From Octopus sinensis (taxonomy: Eukaryota), in assembly GCF_006345805.1 (NCBI RefSeq), contig NC_043019.1:31371360-31435359 (forward strand): a stretch of DNA of 64,000 bases, written 5' to 3'. The translations under genes and the position numbers were made by a program. Positions within the stretch are counted from its first letter, which is position 1, and every line of letters begins with the position of its first letter. A model generated the notes under the pieces. That model searched no databases. It saw only the letters and a list, made by a program, of their open reading frames with translations, and was not told the DNA's origin. This document shows, piece by piece, positions 27,312 through 41,658 of the stretch.

Positions 27312-28673
27312 ATATATATATATATATATAATCATCATCATCATCATCGTTTAATGTCTGTTTTCCATGCTAGCATGGGTTGGATGGTTCTACTGGGGTC
27401 TGGGAAGCCAGGAGGCTGAATCAGGCTCCAGTCTGATCTGGTAGTGTTTCTACAGCTGGATGTCCTTCCTAATGCCAACCACTCCGTGAGTGTAGTGGGT
27501 GCTTTTTACGTGCCACAGGCACAGGGTTGGTTGGTGCTTTTTAGGTGCCAATGGCATGGATGCCAGCCAACATACATACATAATACTAGTAGTTTATTTT
27601 TTTTCATAGGTATGTTAATATTTTAATTTAAAAATCACTGTTGTAGAATCAAGAACATTCAAGATAACAGAAAGAAGAAAAGTAAAAAAAAAAGAAAAGA
27701 AAAACAGAACAATCGTTCTTTTCTTTACATCTATGATTAGAGGCATTCTATCTGCGATCATTGCATCTTGGAACTACATTATCAGTAGGGTGTGATTTGG
27801 GAATCAAAACTAGATTGCAGATTTTATTAACTCAAACCCCAGGCATCAAAGTTAATTAGTACAATATAAGGATTATTACAAGTGAGATGGTGTAACTATA
27901 TTATAAACTCTAACTAGATCTTGTAAATTGTGTTATTGATTAAATATCAATGTGGAGCATATTTCAGTATTTCAGTAGCTTTACACAAAACAATTGTAAC
28001 CCCCCTCATCCTCTCTACCTCTGTGTCCCACCCATCAATTCATTTTAACTCTTCCCTCTTCAGTATGTTACCAATCCCATCTGATATTGATTTCTGATAT
28101 GCTTATTATAAATCATATCTATAGATTGATTCTATCTCAAATTGTAATTTCTTAATGTATTGTATTGAATTCTCTATATATGTCTTCTCTGTATCTGTCT
28201 TCCATCTAGTACTTTGTGAATCAATAATAATAATGATAATAATGATAATAATAATAATTATGATGATGATGATTGAGCACGTCCCTCAGTGCATCTCTGA
28301 CCACGAGCAGAAGTAATGGGGGAACATCATAGTTGTATGTTGAGAGGAGTTCTGCAGGGTTTGAATAATTCATCTGTGGAGGCATGGGTATTTTGTTCAT
28401 CATCCTTAAAACAAACTGTATTCAGGGACCTTTTGAGCAGGATGGGATACTTGACCCGAAGAAAATTCTAACTAGTCTCGACTTGCAAGATCATGCGCTG
28501 TTTATCTTGGTATTAGATCATCATATTGTGCACATATGGTTGTGATGCATGTGCCTGGTGTACCCTTAACAAATGGGTAGTCATGATGGGTATATTGGGC
28601 TTCATATATTTGTACCCCAGTGTTACTTTGATGGCATGTGCTGCTCTCTCACTCAATAATAATAATAATGATG

Positions 28674-28716
<43 letters not shown>

Positions 28717-28729
28717 TAAAAATAATAGA

Positions 28730-29185
28730 TGGGCAAAAAGAGGAATGCAAAAATCCTCTGAGACTTTGACTTCCAGACAGACAAGGCTGGATATAGTAAC
28801 CTTCAGGAAGGACAAAAAGAGTGCCTAATAATCGATGTGGCAGAGCCAGGAGATCGATAAAAGATAGATAAATATGGAGACCTGAGAATTGAGATCACCA
28901 TGATATGGTAACTTAGAAAGTCAAACATAAAGATTGACTCTGTTGTCATGGGAGCCTTTGTCTCAATACCACACAACCTGAAGAAACACCTGGAAACTTT
29001 AGAAATACCCTACAATCTATGTGTATTGCAAAAATCAGCATTACTTGGAACTGCATGCATATTATGTATGTATATATATAGCCTGAGGTTCTTGTTGTAA
29101 CTTGACAAACAGTACAAACCCCCGGTAGACACAATATCTTCAATCAACACCATCATGATATTGGGTACTGTGTGCCGTCTTAAAT
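28730..29185 (+). pseudogene. R4/Dong-like non-LTR retrotransposon, restriction-like endonuclease C-terminus
   Basis: KIL*DFDFQTDK..DIVTFRKDK..CLIIDVAEPGD..KIDKYGDL..LQKSALLGTACIL with stops and frameshifts. Confidence 0.8.
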
Positions 29186-30120
29186 AATGCTAATGATGAT
29201 GATTTCAAATTTTGGGGAGGGAGTAAGTTGATTGCATCGACCCCATGTTCAACTGGTACTTAATTTATCAACCAAGTAATTTTGACTTCATGAGAACTTG
29301 TCCCATGCTAGAATCATATAAATTTCTACAAAGCCATAACACATTTTTTTTATCAATACTAACAAATTAATGTTTGTTTTTATAAAATCGACTTTTTCAG
29401 TTTTAATTTAGTTGCCCTACATATATTTTCAGTTCATCTTTGTTGTTTATTTCTGCTTTAGTGTTGCTCTATGCTATCACCTTTGCCAAACAGTTGCCAT
29501 CTAACAGACAATTCACATGAATTCTAAAGTTGCATGATTGGTGTTGGCCAGTTGTTTGTTTTTCATTTGTATTCAGCTTTGCAGGATTATAACCTCTGAA
29601 GCAACAACTGAAATTTTTACAAATTGAATAGCTAATCTTTATACAGACTTTACTTAATATCTTATAATAATTATGCCCTAGCAAAATGGTAATCTATAAA
29701 AGCTATTAGTTCTTATTACTAGATTAAATCTAGCTATTAGTTCTTACTACTAGATTAAATATTGGGTTGTACAATAAAATATTTCTTTACTTATTCCTGT
29801 TTTTACATGTGTGTTCCCAGTGTTTTATATATATTTAACCTTACCAGAAAATTCCCTATTCCCTCACACCTCATTATACTACTCAGTGTTCCCATAAAGG
29901 CATCTTCATCACAAAATATTGGGGAGCTCCATTTACTAATATTGTCTATCAAGTTTTTCAAGATACTCAGAGAATGATTTGATTATCTATGTATGTATAC
30001 TTTTTCATTTGGTTTGTGCTATGGTCTAGAACTACTATCTAGTGTCAAGGCTGAATCCAAAGAATTAATGACAAAAGGTTAGCATCTATGGCAATACAAA
30101 GTACTTTTTCTTGGAATACT

Positions 30121-30350
30121 TTAATCCTTTCATTACCATATTTATTTTGAGATGTTCTGTGTTTCTTTCAATTAATTTTAAATATAACAAAGAATTTAGT
30201 AAAATAACTTAGTTATCATTAAGCTGGTGTTAGGAAGAGAAATTGTGACTAAGGTTTGGTGGAAGATTTTAATTCAAAACTTATGAAAAGAAGACATTTG
30301 TACTACAGAGCCAGATAGAGTTTCAGCTGGGTTGGTATCAAAAGGGTTAA
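30121..30350. mobile_element. piggyBac-type MITE
   Basis: Ends TTAATCCTTTCATTACCA / TGGTATCAAAAGGGTTAA (TTAA TSD, CCC..GGG termini). Confidence 0.75.
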
Positions 30351-32423
30351 TAAAATATTTCCTAAATCTACCTAACGTATGACCATTACTATTTCACAAT
30401 AGAATCAAACTATTATCTTAATATAAACTTGTTGTGGCAGACGCCCCAGGTGTGAAGTGGGCTGGTCCACTAATAATAAATAGTGGACTAACACAGTCTA
30501 TAATGTCAGTCAGTAAGGTACGCTGCAGAGACAATGAAATACATTATTGTAATGCAGGACATAACAAAACTATAATCCGTTTCAGTATATATTTTCTCTA
30601 TAAATCTAGTTTCAAGATGCATCTTATAGATGCTCTGATATACATCATCAGTGATATATCTGGGGTTTAGGGACTTTAAAGATATATCACCTTATAATTT
30701 AACTGACCCGAACATCATCATATACCTCCATGGACAATCGTTAGTGTATATCTTTTGGTTAATTTAGCTATAAGATAAATTTCAATGAAATATAAAATAA
30801 AATTTAATGAATTATAAAATTAAATTTCAATGAAATATAAAGTAAAATTTCATTGAAATATGAAATAAATTTCAAAGAAATATATAAGCAAATGGGAAAA
30901 ATAAATCAAAAAACTAAAATAAACAAGCAAGAACATAATATAAAATAAAAAGAGGAAAAACTATTGTATTTTTTTTTTTTTTTACCAGTTCCAAAAGACC
31001 AGTTCTTGTTCAGAATTGATTTGTTTGAATTTTGTTCTTTTCTGTTTAGACATTTGTTTTAATATTGTTTTTTTTTCTTTTACTTGATTCTGTCTTTGGA
31101 TTACAGCCATGCTGGGGCACCGGCTTGAAGGTTTTAATCAAACAAATCAGCCTCAGTACTTAGATTTTAAAGCCTGGTACCTATACCATCAGTCTCTTTT
31201 CTCAAACTTCTAAGTTATAGGGACATAAACAAACCAACACCTGTTGTCAAGTGATGTTTCAGTCATGCAGCCATGCTGGAGCACTGCCTTCAAGGGTTTT
31301 AGTTGAACGAATCAACCCTAGGACCTATTTCTTAAGCCTAGTACTTACTCTATCAGGGTCTTTTGTCAAGCTGCTCAGTCACAGGTATGTAAACACACAA
31401 ACATCAGTTGTCAAACAGTGATGAGGGAGGACAAATACACACACCCACATTGATATACACTGTGAAGTGGTTGGCATTTGGAAGGGAACCCAGCTGTAAA
31501 AACCCTGCCAAAACTGACCTTGCCTGTGCTGGTGCCACATAAAAAGCTCTCAGTCAACTCTGCAGAGTGGTTGGTGTTAGGAATGGCATCCAGCCATCAA
31601 AACCATATCAAAATAGACACAGAAGCCTGGTGTAGTCTTCTAACAGACCAGCTCCTTCTAACAACCCATTCCAGCATGAAATGCAGATGTTAAATGATGA
31701 TGATGATGATGATGATATAAATACATAGAAGAAGGAAAAACAAACTCAACTGCAAATATTCTATGTATCATGTCTTTGTCTATATTCCCCGTCCATTAAG
31801 TTTCCATCTAGTTTCCCATTTGCTCTGCTTTTGTCTAACTTCTTCTCCTTGTTGTGTTCTGCCTGTTCAATCCTTGACACACACACATAAATATATATTT
31901 ATACATCTTAGGCTTCTTTCAGTTTCCGTTTAAGAAATCCATTCACAAGGTTTTGGTCAGCCTGTAGCTATAGTAGAAGACACATGCCCAAGGTGCCACA
32001 CAGTGGAACTGAACTCACAACCATGTGGTTGGGAGGCAAGCTTCTTAACACACAGCTACGCCTACGCATGTAGAAGGCAGAATCCTAATAGCACCAGCCA
32101 AAATGCTTTTTGCTATTGAGTTATGATATTTCGTATTCAGAGTTCAAACTCTACAAAGGTGAACTTAGCCTTTCATCCTTCCACTATTCATAACATTAAG
32201 TAGCAGTCAAGAATTAATCAACTAACATCTGAATGGTTTTCGGTAAAAACCAATGGAAGATCCATCAAATTAAGAAAAAGACTGTGTTCTTGCTGTGCCA
32301 TGAATGTGAATTTACATGCACGCATTCAATTTCCAGTTCAATTAATTGAATTGACTATGATCAAGTCACATACTGCAGTCTGTTCTGATAAATGCATGTG
32401 CACGTGCATTCACACACACATGC

Positions 32424-32460
<37 letters not shown>

Positions 32461-32548
32461 CATATAGGTGTATATATTATAGATATATATATATACACAT
32501 ATATATGCATAAACATACATATACATATATATATATATATATACAGAG

Positions 32549-32579
<31 letters not shown>

Positions 32580-32646
32580 CATATAGGTGTATATATTATA
32601 GATATATATATATACACATATATATGCATAAACATACATATACATA

Positions 32647-32684
<38 letters not shown>

Positions 32685-33100
32685 CATATAGTGTATATAT
32701 TATAGATATATATATATATACACTATATATGCATAAACATACATATACATATATATATATATATACAGAGATTATATAACATATATATATATATATAATA
32801 CATATAGGTGTATATATTATAGATATATTATATACACATATATATGCATAAAATACATATACATATATATATATATATATACAGAGATATATATACATAT
32901 ATATATATATATACATATAGGTGTATATATTATAGATATATATATATACACATATATATGCATAAACATACATACATATATATATTATATATATACAGAG
33001 ATATATTACATATATATATTATATATATATCATATAGGTGTATATATTATAGATATATATATATACATTATATGCATAAACATACATATACATTATTATA
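32461..33100. repeat. ~115-120-bp higher-order repeat built from TA/CA microsatellite, 5-6 units
   Basis: Landmarks cataggtgtatatattatag, gcataaacatac and tacagagat recur in the same order. Confidence 0.85.
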
Positions 33101-33368
33101 TATAATTTATAATATATATACACATGAACACACATATATGTATATATACATATATAAATACACACACACACACACAAACACATGTGTATATACATATATA
33201 AATGTACACACAATCACACACACACACACATATACATACATATATTCCAGGGTGTGGCAAATTCAAAAGGATGTTAAGTCCATCCACTTAAATTAAAGTA
33301 CTCAAAGACAAGTCTCTGAGAGATAAGAAGTTTAATATATAATCATTAGTTTGACTAAATATACATGT

Positions 33369-33776
33369 GCAGGTGTAGCTGTGTGATAAGAAACTCGCTT
33401 CCCGACCACATGGTTCAGAGTTCAGTTCCCCCACGTAACTCCTTGGGCAAGTGTCTTCTACTATGGCCTCAGGTCAATCAAAGCTTTGTGAGTAGATTTG
33501 GTAGATAGAAACTGAAAGAAGCCAATTATAAATATATATGTCTGTTTTTGTGTGTGTATTTTTGTGTTTGTGCTTGTCCCCCATTGCTACTTGACAACTT
33601 GTGTTGGTGTGTTTACATCCTTATAGCTTAGCTGCTTGGCAAAAGATACCTATGGAATAAGTACCAGGCTTAAAAAAAGGTACTAGTATCAATTTGTTCT
33701 ATTTAAAATTCTTCAAGGCAGTGCCCCAGCATGGCTGCAGTCTACTGACTGAAACAAGCAAAAGATAAAAAATAAA
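33369..33776 (+). mobile_element. SINE family A, older copy
   Basis: Full head-to-tail similarity, CpG-depleted. Confidence 0.85.
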
Positions 33777-33854
33777 TGATATATATCATACATACATAAA
33801 CATATACATATACACACATACATATATATATAGATATATATATATCACCAGCTG

Positions 33855-34270
33855 CAGCTTGTATCCGAGCATTGCGTTTGTCAGTTTCTATCCAGTCTCC
33901 TCAGCAGATGTTTGTGCTGAATGTTACTTTGGAGTCCAAGTTGGTGCTGAAAGAGTCATGGGCAGAATTCGCACAGGATGGTCAGTGCAAGTCAAGGATG
34001 TTGAAAACACTCCTTTCTTCTCTTGCCTGTTACCTCCTCATTCTGTTGTCTGTTCTGCTCAAAGGAGCTGGCTCCAATGAGGATGGCAGTCTTCTAGGCT
34101 GTCCTATCCATGGCTTTCTGTTTCCATGAGGATAGCTAGATGTTAATTTGAGCCAAGGTCCATTTGAGCAGGTCTTTAAAATGGAATTTCGGGCCTCCTC
34201 TGGGTCCTGTGCTGATTGCAAGTTCTCCGTAGAGCAAGATCCTCAGGAGACAAGAGGGCTCCATATGCTG
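33855..34270 (-). pseudogene. RTE/BovB-like LINE 3' coding fragment
   Basis: LRILLYGEL..GPKFHFKDLLK..SWKQKAMDR..FEQNRQ..CEFCP*LFQHQLGLQSNIQHKH. Confidence 0.8.
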
Positions 34271-34278
34271 GGCAGGTC

Positions 34279-34321
<43 letters not shown>

Positions 34322-34419
34322 ATATATAGCCTTTATTTTAGATGTATGCAACTGGTGAGTATAGCTTCCTATCTGTCCAATGTAAAGAATTTGGTCAGTG
34401 TAAACATAATGCAATAAAG

Positions 34420-34521
34420 TGTCCCCCTGAAGAACTGTTATTGTTCAGCATCCAATTTCACTTGAAGCAGTCACTGCAGATGATACAAATAATGACAGTG
34501 GTGAAACATATGTAAGGAACA
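34420..34521 (+). ncRNA. Type-I hammerhead ribozyme motif (stem I partly decayed)
   Basis: CTGAAGA 34427-33; 12-bp stem II ACTGTTATTGTT/AAATAATGACAGT; GAAAC-ATAT-GTA 34503-14; stem I TGTCCCC vs AGGAACA. Confidence 0.7.
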
Positions 34522-35366
34522 AATGATATAAACTGGGTCTCCTCTTTGTCATATTTTTTCATATATTATATATATATATCTATATATATATATATACACA
34601 CATATATATATATATATATACACACATATATACACACATATATATATGTATAAATATATATATATATGTGTATATGTATATATATACATATACATATATA
34701 TACATATATATATATACATATATGTATATATATATACATATATTTTCACACACACATACACATATATATATATATACATATGCATATATCATATTTTTTA
34801 CGTAAATATATATATATATATATTATCTCTATGGGATAGGTTGATCTCTATTAAATGTTAATTAAGTTGTAGTGTAAATTCTGGTGGAATGCTATTGTAG
34901 AATGTCTTTATTAAGGTTGGAGTTGTATTATTGTTCTGAGTTCAATCATGTATGTTAAGCTTTGTAATCAGGTGTGTCTGCTGCTTTAGGTGTTAGGAAT
35001 GCTTTTTCGTAGTTCACAAAAGAATACAAGTTTGTGATAAGATTAGTTGGTCATCAGATGTGTAACAAGATTTTGTTGTTGCTGGTGTTAATTAAATATT
35101 AATTGGAAATTTTACCTGTTGGGTTTTGGAATAGTGAATATCTGTGCTGAGAAAAACAATGAAGAATTTTCAAACCCCATGTTAGAATCTAATCAAATTT
35201 ATTCATAAAAAGTTATTTCAAATTTGAATGTGGTTGAGATTTTACTTGTCAATGAATGGCTTACCATCCCTGATTGTATAAAGTCACTAAACACGTGAGA
35301 AATAGCAGCTAAATGTCCCTTAATCCTATCATATCTTTTCTAAAACATGAAGAGCACAGGGTGGGC

Positions 35367-35586
35367 CAGGCGGTGAACTAGCAGAATCATTAACACACCA
35401 GGCAAAATGCTTAGCGGTATTTTCTTTATCTTCATGTTCTGAGTTCAAATGTTGCTGAGGTCAACTTTGCCTTTCATCTTTCTGGGACACTGGGATTGAT
35501 GTAATCAATTTATCCCCTTCCCCAAAATTGCTGGTGTTGTGCCAAAATTTGAATCATCATCATCATCATCATCATCATTATTATTT

Positions 35587-35622
<36 letters not shown>

Positions 35623-35998
35623 CTGCTACCACTATTACTAAGGCAGTGAGCTGGCAGAATCATTAGCACGCCAGGCAAAATACGTACCAGTATTTCACCC
35701 ATTGCTATGTTCTGAGTTCAAATTCCACTGAGGTCAACTTTGCCTTTCATCCTTTCGGGATCACTAAATTAAGTACCAGTGAAACACTGGGGTAAATGTA
35801 ATCGACTTGTCCCCTCGCCCAAAATTTCAGGACTTGTGCCTATAATAGAAAGAATTATTATTAATATTTCGCCAAGGTCAACTTTGTCTTTCTTCCTTTC
35901 AGGATCAATAAATAAAGTACCAGTGAAACACTGGGGTCACTGTAATTGACTATTCCCCTCTGCACAAATTTCTGGCCTTGTACCTACAGTAGAAAGGG
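35367..35998 (+). mobile_element. Tandem SINE family B copies with triplet-repeat linkers
   Basis: Heads at about 35367 and 35641 plus a partial third Deu-like block at about 35875. Confidence 0.8.
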
Positions 35999-36000
35999 TA

Positions 36001-36041
<41 letters not shown>

Positions 36042-36943
36042 GTAATAATTATTATTATTATATTATTATTATTATTATTATCATTATTATTTATTATTCA
36101 TTTTGACCCACTTTGTATAATGTACTTTAGATTGGGAAGAAAATAATGAAACTGGATGGCCACAGCTGGAATAGCTTTGGTGATAGATGATTGATGGGGT
36201 TGAAGTAAGCAACAATTACAACAACATAATGCTATTAAATTTGAAATGCTTGATTACTAAAATGGAACTCGGCTTGATTTAAAGCTCTTGGGAACACTCA
36301 TAAATCAAAAACACATGCACACATATTCAAATACACACACATACTCACATATGAATACTTATATAAACATATGCACGTGGATAATATATACATGCACTCA
36401 TAAACAGTTGCACACAAACACACACAATTATATACATATACACACACAATTATACCCACATACAGACACATATACATGCACAGGCAAAGACCTACATATA
36501 CACATACATACGCAAATAAACATATGTACAATAATATACACATATATCTACACACCTGTACATACACATGCATTCAGAGTGAATTTGCATACACACATAT
36601 ATAGTCATGCATGTATGCATATATGTATATATACACACACACACACACATACATGCACACAAATACACATGGATACGCACACAAGCACACACATATATCC
36701 ACACACTCACAAACACACACATCTATGCACACATATATATAGGCTCAGGTGTGGCTCTGGTAAGAAGCTTGCTTACCAACCACATGGTTCTGAGTTCAGT
36801 CCCACTGCGTGGCACCTTGGACAATGTCTTCTATAGCTTTGGGCTGACCAAAGCCTCACGAGTGGATTTTGTAGACAGAAACTGGAAGATGTCTGTTGCA
36901 TAAATATATGTGTGTGTATGTGCATATATATATATATATACCG

Positions 36944-37500
36944 TCAGTGGATCATATATCCATAAAAGAAGCACACTTTAAAAGTTAGAGCATCGATGTG
37001 TTTACTCGAGGTTGATTATATGGTCCTAGAGTGACCAATGGCTTCAGAAATGCTTATGGATGTGAAACCATTGGTCAATTTATGACTAGCTATATGATCA
37101 ACCTTCTGTAAATATATATAATCTTTTCTACTCTAGGCACAAGGCCTGAAATTTTGGTGGAGAGTCCAGTAGATTAGATCGACCTCAGTATGCAAGTGGT
37201 ACTTAATTTATCAGTCTCAAAAGGATGAAAGGCAAAGTTGACCGTGGCAGAATTTGAACTCAGGATGTAAAGACAGACAGAATACTTCTAAGCATTTCGC
37301 TCAGCATGCTAACGTTTCTGCCAGCTCACCACATTAATAAATATATATATATGATAGACAGAAAGAAAGGGTTATGTACATTAATTTATTTAAAATAGGC
37401 TTACAGCTATTTCTGATATGCAAAGTGTTCATTGATAGTTAACAAGTTGGATGTGGTGCTGAAGAAGCAATAACTTTCGAGATATGCATATACACCCATT
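36944..37500 (+). mobile_element. Dispersed repeat ending in a hammerhead-like motif; interrupted by inverted SINE B (37122-37333)
   Basis: Homologous to 41447-41800; ends GTG-CTGAAGA..GAGAT-ATGC-ATA. Confidence 0.6.
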
Positions 37501-38084
37501 ACCTAAAGCCTTGTGAGTGGATTTGGTAGCCGGAAACTGGAAGAAGCCTGTTGCATTTAGATGTGTGGTGTGTGTGTGTGTCTTTGTGTCTGTGTTTCTA
37601 CCCCCTCCCCCATCATTGCTTGACAACTGGTGTTGGTGTGTTTACATCCCCATAACTTAGTTGTTCAGCAAAAGAGACTGATAGAATAAGTACTAAGCTG
37701 AAAAAAATATCATGGGTCAATTTGTTTGACTAAAACCCCTCAAGAGAGTGGTCTAGCATGGCCACAGTTGAATGATTGAATAAAAGAATACACTCACATA
37801 CAATCATATGCTCCTTCCTCAAGACACCTATTTCTAACCACCCCCATTCATACTCTAATCTCTCATCTCTTGGCACAATGCCACCACCCCTGCCACCTCA
37901 ATACTGTTTCCTCCCTCAGTTGAAGGATCTGTTATTTGATTACCTTATTGATGCCGGTGCCACATAAAAAGCACTCAATACACTCTGTAATGTGGTTGGC
38001 AGTAGAAAGCAGGGAATCCAGCTGTAGAAACTTTGCCAAGTCAGACAGCAAGGATTGGTGCAGTCTTCTCACTTACCAGCTTTT

Positions 38085-38495
38085 TAATTCTTTATTGCCC
38101 ACAAGGGGCTAAACATAGAGGGGACAAACAAGGACAGACAAAGGGATTAAGTCAATTACACTGACCCCAGGGCGTAACTGCTACTTAATTTATCGACCCC
38201 GAAAGGATGAAAGGCAAAGTCGACCTTGGCGGAATTTGAACTCAGAATGTGACAGCACACGAAATACCTGTATCTTTACTACCCACAATGGGCTAAACAC
38301 AGAGAGGACAAACAAGGACAGACAAAGAGATTAAGTTGATTATATCGACCCTAGTGCGTAACTGGTACTTATTTAATCAACCCTGAAAGGATGAAAGGCA
38401 AAGTCGACCTCAGCGGAATTTGAACTCAGAACGTAACGGCAGATGAAATACTGCTAAGCATTTTGTCCAGCATGCTAACGTTTCTGCCAGCTCTT
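38085..38495 (-). mobile_element. SINE family B, multimeric form
   Basis: Two copies of the module gaaaggatgaaaggcaaagtcgacc and of ggacaaacaaggacagacaaa. Confidence 0.85.
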
Positions 38496-39089
38496 ATCAT
38501 ACCATTCTGCCCATGTTGCCATGAAAGACGGATGTTAAATGGTGATGGTGGTGATGAGGAGGAGGAGGAGAAGGAGGGGGATTGTGGTGGTGGTGTTGGT
38601 GGTGGTGGTGATGATGATGACAAACATACACACAATAAGCACACACACACACACAATAAATGCACACGCCTTGGTAAAAATACACACAGAGTATACTTAC
38701 ACAAACAAACAAACAAACACATTTAATATTTTGTATGTTCTTTTCACAAGAACAACAACGACAAAGAATGGCAAAAACAAAATGACAAAAAAGAAACAAG
38801 AAAAAAAAAAGATACTGAAGTGCAGACAGCTGTAATTATGTTAATTATTCTACTGACAAACAGCTTAATGAAGAAGCTTTTATTTCACTGCATCTCTGTT
38901 TGCACATGCATGCACAGTTGCATTTTCAACTTGAGATTTTAAAAAGAGAGGAAAAAAGAGAATGCTTCAATCTGATCCAGACATCTTTGCAGAGGAAATT
39001 TCCCAGAAAAATTGAAAAAAAAAAAAAGATCAGATCACAGACAAAGAAAAAAAAACATTTAAATGTCAAAATATGTTAAAGCTTCACAC

Positions 39090-39217
39090 AGTTCTCTCTC
39101 GCTCTCTTCTCTCTCTCTCTCTCTCTTTCTTTCTCTCTCTCTCTCTCTCTCTTTCTTGGTCTTTCTCAGTTTCTGTTTATGACTCTCTCTCTTTTTCTGT
39201 TTCTGTCTATTTCTGAT

Positions 39218-39256
<39 letters not shown>

Positions 39257-39530
39257 CTTCTCTCTCTCTCTCTCTCTCTCTCCCGCTGTCTTTTTCTCCC
39301 TGTCTCTCTCTTTCTCTTCCTCTGTTTCTTGGTTTTTCTCCCCCCTCTCTCACTCTCTTTCTTTCTTCCTCTGTTTTTCTTGGTCTCTCTCTCTCTCATT
39401 CTTCTTCTGTCTTTCTTAGTTTCTCTCTCTCTCTCTCTCTCTCTCTTTCTTCCTCTGTCTTTCTCTTTTTGGATTTCTTCCCTTTCTCTCCCCCTCTCTA
39501 TCCCCCACTCCCTCCCCCACATCTCTATCT
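39090..39530. repeat. (CT)n-rich polypyrimidine microsatellite
   Basis: Directly visible. Confidence 0.95.
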
Positions 39531-39817
39531 TTACAGACAAATGTTTCATAACCTTTAATCTTACTCTCTGTGGTACTACAAAGTAACACTAACATCAACA
39601 AGTAAGCTCTCCTCAGATCATGTTCTGTGTGTTTTTCTATGTTGTTCCTTGACATACAAGAAGCAGAAATTAAATTTCTCTCAAGAGATATTTTTGATAA
39701 ATAAGTAACAGACTTAAGATTAGAGTAAGTAACAAAGTAACAAAGTTAAGCATTAGTACAGGGTACTAGTACTCATGCTGATATATATATATCAGAGGTA
39801 ACTCCAGGTCATCAGTG

Positions 39818-39973
39818 TCAGTTGGACTCATCACAGATTTCGAATAAGACACATGCCTGCTCAAAGAATTTCACATTTTTCTGCAATGTTTCTAGCCACA
39901 AACGGTTTATTTCTTTTATATCTGGCACTATGTCTTTCTCCATTTCTAAGTTAAGGGTTAAAATAAAGCAATC
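39818..39973 (-). CDS. Putative terminal exon of unidentified gene (DCFILTLNLEMEKDIVPDIKEINRLWLETLQKNVKFFEQACVLFEICDESN*)
   Basis: Acceptor tgtgttgcag; non-repetitive, helical-looking peptide; phase 0 matches upstream exon; possible AATAAA at 38879-38884. Confidence 0.5.
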   Translation of the reverse strand, partial: DCFILTLNLEMEKDIVPDIKEINRLWLETLQKNVKFFEQACVLFEICDESN

Positions 39974-40115
39974 CTGCAACACATAATTGATTTTTGCACA
40001 CAAAAGCACAGAATAACAGCAATCAAATAACAATAGCTGAGTCCACAACAGACATGATGATCTGACTGTCACCTGTACTCTTGACAACAGATACCAGTTA
40101 GTCTTTTACACTTAC

Positions 40116-40166
40116 CAGGCTTCTTCGTATTAGCTCAAGTTGCCGGATAATTTTAAGAATATTGTA
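40116..40166 (-). CDS. Putative exon (YNILKIIRQLELIRRSL)
   Basis: tttccatag acceptor, CTG|GTAAGT donor, only one open frame, 142-nt intron to next exon. Confidence 0.5.
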
Positions 40167-41021
40167 CTATGGAAACTTTTCATAGATTGGAATTTAAACC
40201 CTAATCTCTATAGAACTTTATTGTTTCAAGAAAACATTGAATTTGAATTACTTTTAATTTTTAAAATTATAAATAACAACTCAGGCTGTAACTTCTGAGC
40301 CCGAGTCAGGCGCATGTGAATGATGTCAAGAGAACGTCTGCTATGAATGATATTTTTTTACACAAGGCACCCCTAAGATGACTGCCAGACTGAATGAAAA
40401 TATATGAAGTGCGATCAGGCTCAATAAAAGGAGCCTGAGTTATTGGTTGCATTATGTTTTTTAAAGCCAGATTATATCTTCAAAGATAAATACATATTTC
40501 TATCTATTCTTTTACCTTAAAAATTACAAATGAAATATTTAACATAATAATTAGGAAATAATCTTAATGTTTTAAGTTTATAATTTAGTAAATGGAGTTT
40601 TTTCTATAAGAAAAATTATTGTTTTATTTATTTCTTAAATAAATATTATTTAACTCTATTTGCTTATTTATTTAACTATTATCATTAACCTGAAGATTGA
40701 CTATAATTGTAAATCGAATTTATTTCAATTGAATTTAATTGTAGCCATGAAACGTACGTAGTGTTTTTACATATTATATTATATATTTATCATTCATTTT
40801 ATACTTTTTGAGATCTAGTTATAAGTTATATATTGAAAAAAAAAATTTATATATATATATTGGTTATTTAAGTATTGGTTTATGACTATCACTGCTTGAG
40901 TTGCATAATAGTGGTTTTATCTCTATATTTTATATATTTATACTGTGAAATTTGATTTAATACTAAACTTAATTTTCCCCTGTAAGTTTGGAGTTATACT
41001 CCTTAATATATATTATTATTT

Positions 41022-41074
<53 letters not shown>

Positions 41075-41078
41075 TATA

Positions 41079-41211
<133 letters not shown>

Positions 41212-41395
41212 GGGGAGGCTGGTTTATGGGGTTACCCTAGGTTTCTCGTCGATAAGGGGTTTGGCCTTATGGCATATTGCCAGATCCCAAACCAGTTGGC
41301 CTAAGACCACTTCAAAATATGAAGGGGGAAATGTGTGTGTGTGCTTGTATACATACAACATATATATATGTAAGTGTATGTATGTGTGTGGTGTG

Positions 41396-41446
<51 letters not shown>

Positions 41447-41448
<2 letters not shown>

Positions 41449-41620
41449 TCAGTGGATCATGTATCCATAAAAGAAGCACACTCTAAAAGTTAGAGCAGTG
41501 ATGTGCTTACTTGAGGTCAATTATATGGTCATAGAGTGAACAATAGCTTCACAAGTGCTTATGGGTGTGAAACCATTGGTCACTCTATGACCAGCTATAT
41601 AATCAGCCTCTTGTAAATAA

Positions 41621-41658
<38 letters not shown>

